Made by a program: the position numbers and the translations under genes. A stretch of DNA of 64,000 nucleotides. It comes from an uncultured Bacilli bacterium (lineage in GTDB: Bacteria; Bacillota_I; Bacilli_A; RF39; UBA660). The stretch spans positions 1,718 through 65,717 of the forward strand of contig CANRDB010000003.1 in assembly GCA_947629315.1 (NCBI GenBank). The letters run 5' to 3'. The notes beneath the pieces are model-generated. The model worked only from the letters and a program-made list of their open reading frames with translations, searched no databases and was not told the DNA's origin. How positions within the stretch are numbered: the stretch's first letter is position 1; every line of letters begins with the position of its first letter. Positions 21,245-30,537 of the stretch are shown here, piece after piece.

Positions 21245-21409
21245 ATGAAAGTAAAGGTATTTGATGAAAGTCATGAAAAGGATTTAGAAAAGTCAGTGAA
21301 TGATTTTATAGAAGAAGTGAAAGTCATTGATATCAAGTATCAAGTGGCAGTAGGTATTTTTTCAGAAGAACAAATTTATTGCTTTTCAGCCTTGATTATG
21401 TACGAATAA
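21245..21409 (+). CDS. cse60: Sporulation protein Cse60-like (54 aa; absent from the ORF track)
   Basis: Own translation: MKVKVFDESHEKDLEKSVNDFIEEVKVIDIKYQVAVGIFSEEQIYCFSALIMYE. The pattern 'V..FDE.HEKDLE..VN.F......IDIKY.V........QIYCFSA...Y' matches Cse60/YteV as I recall it. Followed directly by a strong terminator. Confidence 0.65.
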   Translation: MKVKVFDESHEKDLEKSVNDFIEEVKVIDIKYQVAVGIFSEEQIYCFSALIMYE

Positions 21410-21437
21410 ACTATTAGAAATTCTAATAGTTTTTTTG
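21408..21437 (+). terminator. Intrinsic terminator after cse60
   Basis: Perfect 10-bp stem AAACTATTAG/CTAATAGTTT with a 5-nt loop and a T7 run. Confidence 0.85.
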
Positions 21438-21493
21438 TTTAAAAATAAATTTTTTCGCACACTATAAACATAGAATATATAAGGAGGAAAGAT

Positions 21494-23704
21494 ATGTTTC
21501 AAAATTTTTCAGAAGAGGCTAGAAAGACATTAGCATTGGCAAAACAAGAGATGTTAGCGCTTAAACATCCCTATGTAGGTTCCGAACACCTCTTACTTGC
21601 TATCTTAAAAGGTAAGGGCAGCATTCCTTCGAGATTAAAAGAGTATTCCTTAGTGTATGATGATTTTAAAAAAGAAATTATAAAAACAATAGGATATGGT
21701 ACGAAAAAAAGTGAATGGTTTCTATATACTCCTATTTTAAAAAATATATTTGAAAACGCGATAGAAATCAGCAAAGAAATGTCTTCTGAGGTACTTCCTG
21801 AACATCTATTGATGGGACTACTAGAAGAGGGAGAAGGAATTGCTATTCGAATTTTACTCGATATGGGTATTGATGTTGATAAGATTTATCAGGAATTTAT
21901 GACCAAAACTCCTAAAAAGAATAAAAAGAAAAAATTGTTGATAGAGGAGTTGGGAATTGATTTTACAGAACGAGCTCGCAAGGAACTGTTCGATCCTGTC
22001 GTTGGGAGAGAGAAAGAAATTCAACGCGTGATTGAAATTTTAACGAGACGTAATAAAAATAATCCGTTATTACTTGGAGATGCTGGTGTGGGAAAGACCG
22101 CGATTGTCGAAGAATTAAGTCGAAGAATTGTTAGCGGGGAAGTTCCAAACAAATTGTTGAATAAACGAATTATTAGTGTCGATATGGCTTCTTTAGTGGC
22201 AGGAACGAAATATCGAGGAGAATTCGAAGAAAAAATCAATAAACTGGTCAAAGAAATAGAAGAAAATGATGAATTTATTTTATTTATTGATGAGATTCAT
22301 ACTTTGATTGGTGCGGGAGGAGCAGAAGGAGCAATTGATGCCTCTAATATTCTAAAGCCCGCGCTTGCTAGAAATACGATGCACTGTATTGGAGCTACAA
22401 CTACTGCAGAATATAAAAAATATATGGAAAGTGATAAAGCATTAGAACGAAGATTCCAAACGGTATTGATTGAAGAGCCAGATTTAACAGTGGTGAAGAA
22501 TATATTGTTTAAGTTAAAACCTATCTATGAAAAATATCATAAAGTGAATATTTCCGATGAATTACTTGACTTGTTGATTGAACTCACTAACAAATATATC
22601 TATCACCGAAAAAACCCTGATAAGACGATTGACCTTTTAGATGAGGTATGTTCTCATGCTAATCTAAAAGAAAATAAAAAGGTTAAGAAATATCATGAAT
22701 TATCATTACAATTAAAAGAAGTCATGAATGATAAAAAAAATTCTCTTTTAAAAAAAGATTTCAATCAAGCAATTGCTTATAAAGAAGAAGAAAATAAAAT
22801 GATTCATGAAATGAATGAACTAGAAATATCCATGGCTACTCACAAATGGACAACGGTTACTAAGAAAGATTTAGAGGAAGTATTAAAATCAAAAACGGAT
22901 ATGCCAATCTATGAATTATCTAGTAAAAATAACAATCGTAAGAATATGATGAAATTGTTATCGAAAGAGGTAATTGGACAAGAACATGCCATTGAAGAAA
23001 TTATCAATACCTATTTGCAAAATCAAGAAAGTCATAGGTGTTATGGAATGCTATTTTCAGGAATGAGTGGAGTAGGAAAAACGTTATTAGCGCAAAAGTT
23101 TGCTAAATATTTTTCCAATCACTTGATTCGATTAGATATGAGTGAATATAGTGAGCCACATACTGTCAGTAAATTACTAGGTTCTCCAGCTGGCTATGTG
23201 GGATATCAAGATAGCAATCATGTCTTTGAAGAAATTAAAACGCATCCTTTTAGTATTTTATTGTTAGATGAAATGGAACGAGCTCATCCGAAAGTGTTAA
23301 ATCTGTTTTTACAGATATTGGATAATAGTGAGATTAAAGATTCTAAAGGCGAGATTATTGATTTTCACCATGTCATCATCTTAATGACTACCAATATTTA
23401 TACTAAAAAAGAAGTAGGATTTCAAAAGCAAGAACATTCTTTGGAAGAATTGAATGACGTTTTTGGTATTCCATTTATGAATCGAATTGAAAAAGTGATT
23501 TTCTTTGAACCGTTGGGAAAATGGAATCTCTTAAAAATTTTGGAGAAAGAAATTCGGCATAATCCTACTTATCAAAAACATCATTTATCTATGGAAGAAA
23601 AGGAAAAAATTATTGAGAAATCTAACTATGAGGAGTATGGAGCAAGACAAATTTCGTCTCTTTTAAAACAAATTTATCAAAAAAAGCAACTTCAAAACAC
23701 GTAA
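21494..23704 (+). CDS. clpC: ClpC-type AAA+ ATPase (Clp protease ATP-binding subunit), compact 736-aa form
   Basis: Clp_N repeats ('[10 protein letters not shown]', 'PEHLLMGLL'). D1 Walker A '[12 protein letters not shown]' and Walker B 'ILFIDEIH'. D2 '[11 protein letters not shown]' and '[11 protein letters not shown]'. ClpP-docking 'VGF' is present. Confidence 0.9.
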   Translation: MFQNFSEEARKTLALAKQEMLALKHPYVGSEHLLLAILKGKGSIPSRLKEYSLVYDDFKKEIIKTIGYGTKKSEWFLYTPILKNIFENAIEISKEMSSEVLPEHLLMGLLEEGEGIAIRILLDMGIDVDKIYQEFMTKTPKKNKKKKLLIEELGIDFTERARKELFDPVVGREKEIQRVIEILTRRNKNNPLLLGDAGVGKTAIVEELSRRIVSGEVPNKLLNKRIISVDMASLVAGTKYRGEFEEKINKLVKEIEENDEFILFIDEIHTLIGAGGAEGAIDASNILKPALARNTMHCIGATTTAEYKKYMESDKALERRFQTVLIEEPDLTVVKNILFKLKPIYEKYHKVNISDELLDLLIELTNKYIYHRKNPDKTIDLLDEVCSHANLKENKKVKKYHELSLQLKEVMNDKKNSLLKKDFNQAIAYKEEENKMIHEMNELEISMATHKWTTVTKKDLEEVLKSKTDMPIYELSSKNNNRKNMMKLLSKEVIGQEHAIEEIINTYLQNQESHRCYGMLFSGMSGVGKTLLAQKFAKYFSNHLIRLDMSEYSEPHTVSKLLGSPAGYVGYQDSNHVFEEIKTHPFSILLLDEMERAHPKVLNLFLQILDNSEIKDSKGEIIDFHHVIILMTTNIYTKKEVGFQKQEHSLEELNDVFGIPFMNRIEKVIFFEPLGKWNLLKILEKEIRHNPTYQKHHLSMEEKEKIIEKSNYEEYGARQISSLLKQIYQKKQLQNT

Positions 23705-23787
23705 AGACAAAAAACGAAAAAAATTTTTAAAAAACTATTCCAAAAACTAAATTTATGATATAATGAATTTAAGATGAAGGTGATAGG

Positions 23788-24327
23788 ATGGAAATATTGG
23801 ACGAAGTCAAAGCAAATCTAGAAGCCAATCAAAACCTAACCAGTGAGATTAAAGAGAAAATGTTTTCTCTCATAATCCTTTTTCATCAAAAATTTCCAGA
23901 TGTCAATTTGGACAGATTAAAAGAGAAGATAAGAGATGTAAAGTTGGGGAGAATAGGAGTTTTCGAGAGAAAAGGTCCAGTAGTCTATGATTCATTGAAA
24001 AATGAGATTAGTTTTAGCAATAGTAAGTTATCAGGAGACTATGATGTCGATCATCTCATGATGAAAGGTATCTTAGGAATGATTGCTTCTCATGATGATT
24101 ACTATGGATTTAATAAAGATGATCAGTTACGTGCTTTGAATGTTGGATATACAGAAATGTTAGCGAACTTCTTAGTCGGCAACGATGGTGTTTGCGATTA
24201 TGAAGAAGAGTTGTTAGCGACTAATTTGGTTAGTCGATTAATTGGAGAAGATACTCTCTTTCATGCATACTTCAATAATGATGCAGATATTATTTTTCGG
24301 AAGATGCTAGAGGCGGAGGTAAGTTAA
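23788..24327 (+). CDS. Hypothetical protein, 179 aa
   Basis: ORF with a GGTGATAGG RBS-like sequence and an extended -10 (TGATATAAT) upstream. No recognisable motif. Confidence 0.65.
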   Translation: MEILDEVKANLEANQNLTSEIKEKMFSLIILFHQKFPDVNLDRLKEKIRDVKLGRIGVFERKGPVVYDSLKNEISFSNSKLSGDYDVDHLMMKGILGMIASHDDYYGFNKDDQLRALNVGYTEMLANFLVGNDGVCDYEEELLATNLVSRLIGEDTLFHAYFNNDADIIFRKMLEAEVS

Positions 24328-24653
24328 TGGATAAGACAATTTCAGGAAGAGCAATGGAATGCTTAAATCAATTCCTCATTTCTAAAGAGAGTGGTGTTCT
24401 TCATACACAGACATTTCAGATGTTTATGGATAGTATGATTAGTTTAGGTATCAAACAAGTAGAAAAAGGTGTTTGGAGTGAAGCAGAGATGCAGGATTTT
24501 GAAGATTTCTTGCCTGCTAGTAAAGCTATTTTTACGAATCCAGAAATTCATCCAGACAGTATTGCTAATTCTCAAGCAAAGTTTAAAGAGAGTGCAAGAG
24601 TAGCGATGTTATCTTCTTCGATGACAGAGGAACCAGTAGCAAAGACGATGTAA
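24327..24653 (+). CDS. Hypothetical protein, 108 aa, translationally coupled to the 23788 gene
   Basis: ATG overlaps the upstream TAA (TAATG), with GGAGG 8 nt upstream. A terminator follows. Confidence 0.6.
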   Translation: MDKTISGRAMECLNQFLISKESGVLHTQTFQMFMDSMISLGIKQVEKGVWSEAEMQDFEDFLPASKAIFTNPEIHPDSIANSQAKFKESARVAMLSSSMTEEPVAKTM

Positions 24654-24681
24654 GAACTAGAAAGTATCTAGTTCTTTTTTG
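24653..24681 (+). terminator. Intrinsic terminator
   Basis: Stem AGAACTAGA/TCTAGTTCT with a 5-nt loop and TTTTT. Confidence 0.8.
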
Positions 24682-24743
24682 ACGGAAGAAATGCTTTTCT
24701 TCTTTTCGTATTTATGATAGAATAAGTATATTGGAGGTGTCTT

Positions 24744-26405
24744 ATGACCAATAAGGAGTTAGCGGATTTATTACTACCAGGTGTCGATTCTAATATTGAG
24801 AAGTATGAAGAACTATACCCTAAAAGAAATCTAGATGAAAAAGCCGTAGTGACAAGGTTTGCACCAAGTCCAACGGGATTTGTACATATGGGTTCTTTAT
24901 TCCAATCTTTTATTTCTAGAAAAGTATCTAGTGATACCAATGGTGTTTTCTTTTTAAGAGTAGAAGATACGGATCAAAAGAGATTAGTAGAAAATAGTGT
25001 GAAAGGTATTGTCGATGATTTAAAAAATTTTGAAATCGAAATCGATGAGGGAATGATTAATGAAGAGGAATGGAAAGGTGATTATGGCCCTTATATCCAA
25101 AGCAAACGAAAAGATATCTATCAATCTTATGTAAAACGTTTGTTAGAAGAGGGAAAAGCCTATCCTTGTTTTTGTTCTGCCGAAGAAATTGAAGAGACAA
25201 GACTTTTACAGGAGAAGAAAAAACAACGTATTGGTTATTATGGACGTTTTGCGAAATGTCGTAAATTAACACCAGAGCAAATAAAAGAGAAAGTAGAAGC
25301 AGGAGAATCTTTCATTATTCGTCTACGTTCTCATGGAGATTTTGAACATAAAATTAAAGTACACGATTTAATCAAAGGTTCTTTAGAGATTCCAGAAAAT
25401 GATTTGGACATCGTGATTTTAAAATCAGATGGACTACCAACTTATCATTTTGCCCATTTAGTAGATGATCATCTCATGCGTACTACACACGTTGTTCGTG
25501 GAGATGAATGGTTAAGTTCTTTGGCTCTTCATTTACAACTCTTTCAAACTTTTGGATTTGAACCACCAAAGTATGCACATATTTCACCAATTATGAAAGA
25601 AGAAAATGGTGTGAAGAGAAAACTTAGTAAAAGAAAGGACCCAGAAGCAGCTGTTAGTTATTATCATGAAAAAGGAATTCCTGTTGAAGCTGTTAAACTT
25701 TATTTGATGACATTGGCGAATACCAATTTTGAACAATGGTATGATTGTAATAAGGATAAAACATTAAAAGATTTTCCATTCGATTTCAAGAAAATGTCCG
25801 CTAGTGGAGGATTATTTGATATTGAAAAACTGATGAATATTTCTAAAAATTACTTTAGTCGCTTGAGTGCGCAAGAAGTTTATGATGGGGTAACAAAATG
25901 GGCGAAAGAACACGACACAGAATTCTATGAAGTTCTTACGAAGGATCCTCTCTATGCTATCTCTGTTTTCAATATTGAAAGAGAGCAAAAGAAACCTAGA
26001 AAAGACTACGGATGTTATTCTGAAATTCGTCAATTATCTTGGTATATGTTCCCAGAACTATACGAAAAGCAAGAGAAAGAATATTTATTCCAAACGGTTT
26101 CTGACAAGGAAGAAATTAAGAAAATTTTAACTACGTACATGGAAAAGCATTATCATGAACAAGATACAAAAGAAGAATGGTTTGATCATATGAAGGATTT
26201 AGCGCAAGAGTTGGGCTATGCGAGAGAGGTCAAAGAATATAAAGAACATCCAGAAGATTATAAAGGACACATTGGAGACATTAGTCTTGTTCTACGAATT
26301 GTTTTAACAACGAAATCGACCACTCCAGACTTGTATGATATCATGACCATTCTTGGTAAACAGACGATTTTTGAAAGATATCAAGCTTGGATAAAAGGAA
26401 ATTAG
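24744..26405 (+). CDS. gltX: Glutamate--tRNA ligase (long, 553-aa form)
   Basis: 'RFAPSPTGFVHMGS' (HIGH region), 'LRVEDTDQKR', and 'KLSKRK' (KMSKS). Confidence 0.9.
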   Translation: MTNKELADLLLPGVDSNIEKYEELYPKRNLDEKAVVTRFAPSPTGFVHMGSLFQSFISRKVSSDTNGVFFLRVEDTDQKRLVENSVKGIVDDLKNFEIEIDEGMINEEEWKGDYGPYIQSKRKDIYQSYVKRLLEEGKAYPCFCSAEEIEETRLLQEKKKQRIGYYGRFAKCRKLTPEQIKEKVEAGESFIIRLRSHGDFEHKIKVHDLIKGSLEIPENDLDIVILKSDGLPTYHFAHLVDDHLMRTTHVVRGDEWLSSLALHLQLFQTFGFEPPKYAHISPIMKEENGVKRKLSKRKDPEAAVSYYHEKGIPVEAVKLYLMTLANTNFEQWYDCNKDKTLKDFPFDFKKMSASGGLFDIEKLMNISKNYFSRLSAQEVYDGVTKWAKEHDTEFYEVLTKDPLYAISVFNIEREQKKPRKDYGCYSEIRQLSWYMFPELYEKQEKEYLFQTVSDKEEIKKILTTYMEKHYHEQDTKEEWFDHMKDLAQELGYAREVKEYKEHPEDYKGHIGDISLVLRIVLTTKSTTPDLYDIMTILGKQTIFERYQAWIKGN

Positions 26406-26440
26406 AAAGAAATCAATAATAATGTAGTAGAGGTGATTTT

Positions 26441-26920
26441 ATGAACATCTTAACTACCTTATTATTTTTTTTGAACTTTTCTATTCCCGTTCCTGTTTAT
26501 GAGTATCAAATAGCAGAAGAAATTCGTTATGTTGAAAGAATTGGTAAGGGCACTATTTTCATTCAAGCAGGGGATGAACAGTTTGTGTTAGACGAGTCTA
26601 TGAGAAAATTAGATTTGGAAAATTACTACCCAATCGATGCTCTTACTATCTCAGGAAACTCCTTTGAGAAGATTCTTTTTTATCATGATGAGGATGTTGT
26701 AGCAATTTTAAAAGCAAAAGGGAAAGAGAAGTATGATGTCGATGATGTCCTCTTTCAAGATGTTAATTATCGATATCGCAGTTTAAATAGGGAAGAGGTA
26801 GGTGGGAGAATCCGAAAAAGAAAATTGCTTTTGCAACCAGTCTCGATACGGAATTTCGCTAGTTTTGTCGAATCGATAGTCTTTTCTCCCAAAACATGCT
26901 ACAGTAATACTGGAGAGTGA
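26441..26920 (+). CDS. Hypothetical protein with a hydrophobic N-terminus, 159 aa, coupled to spoIIAA
   Basis: ORF with a GAGGTGA RBS. Its stop lies 4 nt before the spoIIAA GTG. No HATPase (N-box/G-box) motifs. Confidence 0.6.
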   Translation: MNILTTLLFFLNFSIPVPVYEYQIAEEIRYVERIGKGTIFIQAGDEQFVLDESMRKLDLENYYPIDALTISGNSFEKILFYHDEDVVAILKAKGKEKYDVDDVLFQDVNYRYRSLNREEVGGRIRKRKLLLQPVSIRNFASFVESIVFSPKTCYSNTGE

Positions 26921-26924
26921 TAAA

Positions 26925-27278
26925 GTGCTAGGAATTACGACAGAATATCGGGAGGGAATTTTGTTTGTAAGATTAAATGGAAAACTAATATCGAAAACGA
27001 TTCCTTTTTTCAAGCAGGCTCTATTAGAATGGAAAGAGGATGGTTTTTCTGATATCGTCTTTAATGTGCGATATTTAGAGGAGATAGATACGCAAGGTAT
27101 AAAACTGTTTTTTGATACGTATCAGATGATTCATGATAAATCTGGTCGAGGTCTTATATGTGGTATGAATCGTCATGTTCATCAATGTTTAAAGCAATCT
27201 AAAATTCTTAATTATATTTATGAAATTTCCGATGAATTACATGCGATTAAGGTGATGAAATGGGCGAACCAGAGTTAG
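26925..27278 (+). CDS. spoIIAA: Anti-sigma-F factor antagonist SpoIIAA-like (STAS domain)
   Basis: 117 aa. 'GILFVRLNGKL' and 'LEEIDTQGIKLF': Thr56 follows Asp55 at the position of SpoIIAA Asp57-Ser58. Confidence 0.8.
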   Translation: MLGITTEYREGILFVRLNGKLISKTIPFFKQALLEWKEDGFSDIVFNVRYLEEIDTQGIKLFFDTYQMIHDKSGRGLICGMNRHVHQCLKQSKILNYIYEISDELHAIKVMKWANQS

Positions 27279-27886
27279 AGACACTGTTATTGGAACATAA
27301 AAATTTAATATATGCGATTATGAAGTATTTTCCAAATTATCCTAATAAAGATGATTTGTTTCAAGTAGGATGTATTGGTTTAATAGATGCCTACAAACAT
27401 TATACAGACGAATTTCATACGAAGTTTTCTACCTATGCCTATTCCTATATATTAGGAGAAATGAAAAAACTAGTACGGGAAGATAGAGGTATTAAAGTTA
27501 GTCGCACAACACACTCTCTTTATTTAAAAATAGAAAAAGCTAGTATTTTATTATCTCAGAAGTTGATGAGAGAACCGACCATTACGGAGATTTCTAGATT
27601 TTTAGAAATTGATGAGAACCTAATTGTAGAGGCCTTTTATAGTAGCAATGCCCTTTTGGATGTGGATGAACTTCCGATTAGTGTGTATGATAATCTTGAC
27701 GAACAACTCTATTTAAGAGAAGAATTAAAGGAATTGAGTAGTGAAGAATTAGAAATTTTAAATAGACGTTATTGGGAAGATAGGACACAAAAAGAGACGG
27801 CAGATATCCTAGGAATGAGTCAAGTTCAAGTATCGCGTAAGGAAAATAAAGCCCTTCAAAAGTTAAAAAGCAAATTAGTTGCATAA
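27260..27886 (+). CDS. sigF: Sporulation-type group 3 sigma factor (SigF/SigG-like), short 208-aa form
   Basis: 'DDLFQVGCIGLIDAYKHY....KFSTYAYSYILGEMKK' (region 2), 'IKVSR' (region 3), 'QKETADILGMSQVQVSRKENKALQKLK' (region 4.2). Overlaps spoIIAA by 19 nt. Confidence 0.8.
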   Translation: MGEPELETLLLEHKNLIYAIMKYFPNYPNKDDLFQVGCIGLIDAYKHYTDEFHTKFSTYAYSYILGEMKKLVREDRGIKVSRTTHSLYLKIEKASILLSQKLMREPTITEISRFLEIDENLIVEAFYSSNALLDVDELPISVYDNLDEQLYLREELKELSSEELEILNRRYWEDRTQKETADILGMSQVQVSRKENKALQKLKSKLVA

Positions 27887-27892
27887 AAGATA

Positions 27893-27921
27893 TTGAAAAA
27901 GGTGTTTATTTATGTTAAAAT
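27893..27921 (+). promoter_or_regulatory. Sigma-A-type promoter for tRNA-Ser
   Basis: TTGAAA (27893-27898), 17-nt spacer, TAAAAT (27916-27921), about 18 nt before the tRNA 5' end. Confidence 0.6.
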
Positions 27922-27939
27922 CAATATGTAGTCCGATTT

Positions 27940-28031
27940 GGAGTAGTACTCAAGAGGCTGAAGAGGCGCCCCTGCTAAGGGTGTAGGTCGGGTTAACTGG
28001 CGCGAGGGTTCAAATCCCTCCTGCTCCGCCA
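27940..28031 (+). tRNA. tRNA-Ser (anticodon GCU), CCA encoded
   Basis: Hand-folded. Acceptor GGAGTAG/CTGCTCC (one G.U). Anticodon stem CGCCC/GGGTG with loop CTGCTAA. Long variable arm. T-arm GAGGG-TTCAAAT-CCCTC. Discriminator G followed by CCA. Confidence 0.9.
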
Positions 28032-28041
28032 TTGGTAGGTT

Positions 28042-28075
28042 AAAGACTAACTTTGTTAGTCTTTTTATTTTTTGT
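28042..28075 (+). terminator. Intrinsic terminator after tRNA-Ser
   Basis: 10-bp stem AAAGACTAAC/GTTAGTCTTT with a 3-nt loop and a T-rich tail. Confidence 0.8.
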
Positions 28076-28105
28076 AAATCATGTTATACTGAATATGGTG
28101 GTAGT

Positions 28106-28426
28106 ATGAAAAAATATTTGTATGGATATATTCGTGAAATAGACGAGGAATTAAAAAAAGAGAAAGTAGGGGAGGAAATCATCCAGGAACACTTAATTAA
28201 AATCTCTTTTTTTCAACACGAGAGATTGATTCATTTAATGGTAACATTGGCATATGCTTTATTGGCATTATGTAGTTTTGCCGTATCTACATTTGCTCCT
28301 ATGTTTGTCTTTATCGGGATTATTTTAGTTCTCTTTTTAATACCCTATGTATTACATTATTTCCATTTAGAAAATGGTGTACAATATCTCTATAAACAAT
28401 ATGATGAGTTAAGAAAGAGGATGTAA
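28106..28426 (+). CDS. Small two-TM membrane protein (hypothetical), coupled to dac
   Basis: 106 aa with two adjacent hydrophobic helices. Its TAA abuts the dac ATG. Confidence 0.6.
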   Translation: MKKYLYGYIREIDEELKKEKVGEEIIQEHLIKISFFQHERLIHLMVTLAYALLALCSFAVSTFAPMFVFIGIILVLFLIPYVLHYFHLENGVQYLYKQYDELRKRM

Positions 28427-29632
28427 ATGAAAAAAGTAGTATTATTTTTAGTTTTACTCTGTTATCAGCTTCCCGTCTATGCCTTTCCAAAAATTAGTTC
28501 ACAGAATGTCTATTTTTATCAATTTGATCATGATGAAGTACTCTATACTTTAAAATCAGATGAAGAAATTGCTATTGCTAGTCTCACCAAGATTATGACA
28601 GCATCTGTTGCTTTAGACCTTATTGAAGATTTGGATGCTACAATTACTTTTGAGTCAGACGACCGCAAAGGATTAGTCGAAGCACATGCTTCCAGAGCTG
28701 GTTTTCAAGTAGGAGAGAAAGTAACCTACCGAGATTTACTATATGGTTTATTGCTTCCTAGTGGTGCGGATGCAGCATTAGCGTTATCAAATCATCTCGT
28801 TGGAAGTGAAAAAGAATTTGTGAAACTCATGAATGAAAAAGCAGAACGATTAGGATTAAAACATACTCATTTTGTCAATACGACTGGATTAGATATTGAT
28901 AATCATTATTCTACTTTGGAAGATGTGGCAGTCTTTTTAAAAGATGCTTTAAATAATCCTGATTTTAAAGAAGTTTTTACAACGAAACAATATGTAACTA
29001 GTAATAAAAAGCATACTTTTAAAAGTTCACTAGTGAAGAGTGCTTCTAAAAGTAATATTGATGTATCCTATATTTTAGGTAGTAAGACTGGTTATACCGA
29101 TGCTGCTGGATTGTGTTTAGCCAGTTTAGCGGAACATGATGGGAATACGTATTTATTGATTACAGCTTTAGCTGATTATCAAACTAGTCGACCAGAACAC
29201 ATTATCGATAGTACAGCTATTTATCGTTACTTTTTTGATAATTATGAATATAAAATATTATTAAAAGAGGGCGAAGTTTTAAAGACTGTTATGGATGAAA
29301 ATGGTAAGAAACATGATTTGCGTGCTACTAAAACCATAGAACAATATTTACCTAAGGATACGAAAGTTACCTATGAATATCAGGGAGAAACTAGTCTTCC
29401 CTTTGGTATGAGTAAAGGGGACAAGATAGGTGAATATCAAGTTTTAGTAGATGGCGAAGTGGTGGATACGGAATCGTTCTATGTAGAAGAGGATATTTTA
29501 AAACCATTCCCATGGGAAATGTTAACGATGGTAGCTATTATAGCGGTTATCTGTGTGATTAGTATTTTTGCTTTAGGAATGGTCGTTTTACTCGTCATGA
29601 AAGTTTGTCGTCGTAAAAAAAGAACGAGTTAA
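28427..29632 (+). CDS. D-alanyl-D-alanine carboxypeptidase (peptidase S11, DacB/DacF-like) with a C-terminal TM anchor
   Basis: Signal peptide. 'ASLTKIMT' (SxxK), 'LPSGAD' (SxN-like), 'KTGYT' (KTG). C-terminal hydrophobic helix plus RRKKR. Confidence 0.88.
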   Translation: MKKVVLFLVLLCYQLPVYAFPKISSQNVYFYQFDHDEVLYTLKSDEEIAIASLTKIMTASVALDLIEDLDATITFESDDRKGLVEAHASRAGFQVGEKVTYRDLLYGLLLPSGADAALALSNHLVGSEKEFVKLMNEKAERLGLKHTHFVNTTGLDIDNHYSTLEDVAVFLKDALNNPDFKEVFTTKQYVTSNKKHTFKSSLVKSASKSNIDVSYILGSKTGYTDAAGLCLASLAEHDGNTYLLITALADYQTSRPEHIIDSTAIYRYFFDNYEYKILLKEGEVLKTVMDENGKKHDLRATKTIEQYLPKDTKVTYEYQGETSLPFGMSKGDKIGEYQVLVDGEVVDTESFYVEEDILKPFPWEMLTMVAIIAVICVISIFALGMVVLLVMKVCRRKKRTS

Positions 29633-29662
29633 AAAAAACTACACTTTCGATGTAGTTTTTTT
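29631..29662. terminator. Bidirectional terminator between dac (+) and the ZnuA-like gene (-)
   Basis: Stem AACTACA/TGTAGTT flanked by an A8 run upstream and a T run downstream. Confidence 0.7.
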
Positions 29663-29670
29663 AATACTAT

Positions 29671-30537
29671 TTAAAGGTACAATTGCTTTTTTAATTTTTC
29701 TAAGTTATCCCTCATCAAGGTAAAATAATCAGCATTTTGATTATCTTCTTCCTCTGTTTTAGAGAATAGATTATGTAACTCGATGAATTCAACTCCCGTT
29801 TCTTTTTGAATCTTGGATACAGTATCATTTTGTTTCATACCATGAATAGTATATAAATACTGGATTTCGTTATTATCAATCATTTCATAAACATCATGAA
29901 TGGCCTTTTCTGTCAAATTTTCATTTTCTTCTAAGGAAATAACGGTAATTCCATATTTTTCTAAGAATAGAAAGGCATCATCACTTACGACAATTGTTTT
30001 TTTATTTGCTCGCTCTGCCATCTCTCGATAATCGGCATCTAATTGAATTAAATCTTGTTTTAGTTGTTGATAGTTTTTATCAATATCATTCGTTAGATAG
30101 GCACTATCAATATATTCTTTCAATCGTTTTTTTAAGTGGTTAGCCATCGCTAATAAGTTCATAGGATCTAACCATAATTCTTCAATGGCATGTTCATAGA
30201 CCATACTATTTACAGGAGCTACATCAATCAATTTTAATTTTTGATTATAAGAAAGCATCTTATCACGATAATCTTGTTCTTTGGTATCAAGGCCATTGAA
30301 GATAAATAAATCCGTTTTGCTATAGTCCTTTAACAGTTTATCGCTTATGACATCGTCTTCGGTACTCCCATTGGGATAAATTCGCTCTACAGTACTATGT
30401 TCCCCATAAATCCGTTCTGTAATATATTGGATGGGATAAGAGGTAGTCTTAATCTGGATATTATCCATCGTATCTCTCTCTAGACAACCAGTAACCATCA
30501 ATAGTATGAATAATAGTAGGTATTTGCATTTTCTCAT
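29671..30537 (-). CDS. ZnuA/TroA-fold solute-binding lipoprotein, apparently lacking the metal-ligand histidines
   Basis: Lipobox 'LMVTGC'. Overall ZnuA pattern ('[12 protein letters not shown]', 'LFIFNGLD', 'LWLDP', '[12 protein letters not shown]'). The three expected His positions read D, L and D. Confidence 0.65.
   Translation of the reverse strand: MRKCKYLLLFILLMVTGCLERDTMDNIQIKTTSYPIQYITERIYGEHSTVERIYPNGSTEDDVISDKLLKDYSKTDLFIFNGLDTKEQDYRDKMLSYNQKLKLIDVAPVNSMVYEHAIEELWLDPMNLLAMANHLKKRLKEYIDSAYLTNDIDKNYQQLKQDLIQLDADYREMAERANKKTIVVSDDAFLFLEKYGITVISLEENENLTEKAIHDVYEMIDNNEIQYLYTIHGMKQNDTVSKIQKETGVEFIELHNLFSKTEEEDNQNADYFTLMRDNLEKLKKQLYL

Noticed and set aside
20843-21274. 143-aa minus-strand ORF
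   Set aside because: It is antisense to the conserved M23 catalytic domain and runs into the cse60 start. No RBS and no recognisable motif.
21410-21493. Search for a CtsR operator upstream of clpC
   Set aside because: No (A/G)GTCAAA heptad direct repeat is present, so I claim no regulatory site.
24654-24743. Possible T-box upstream of gltX
   Set aside because: The spacer is only 90 nt and is taken up by a terminator and a promoter-like TGATAGAAT. It has no T-box sequence.
24668-24940. 90-aa minus-strand ORF overlapping the gltX start
   Set aside because: It is antisense to the gltX HIGH region and to the upstream terminator and promoter. It is not plausible as a gene.
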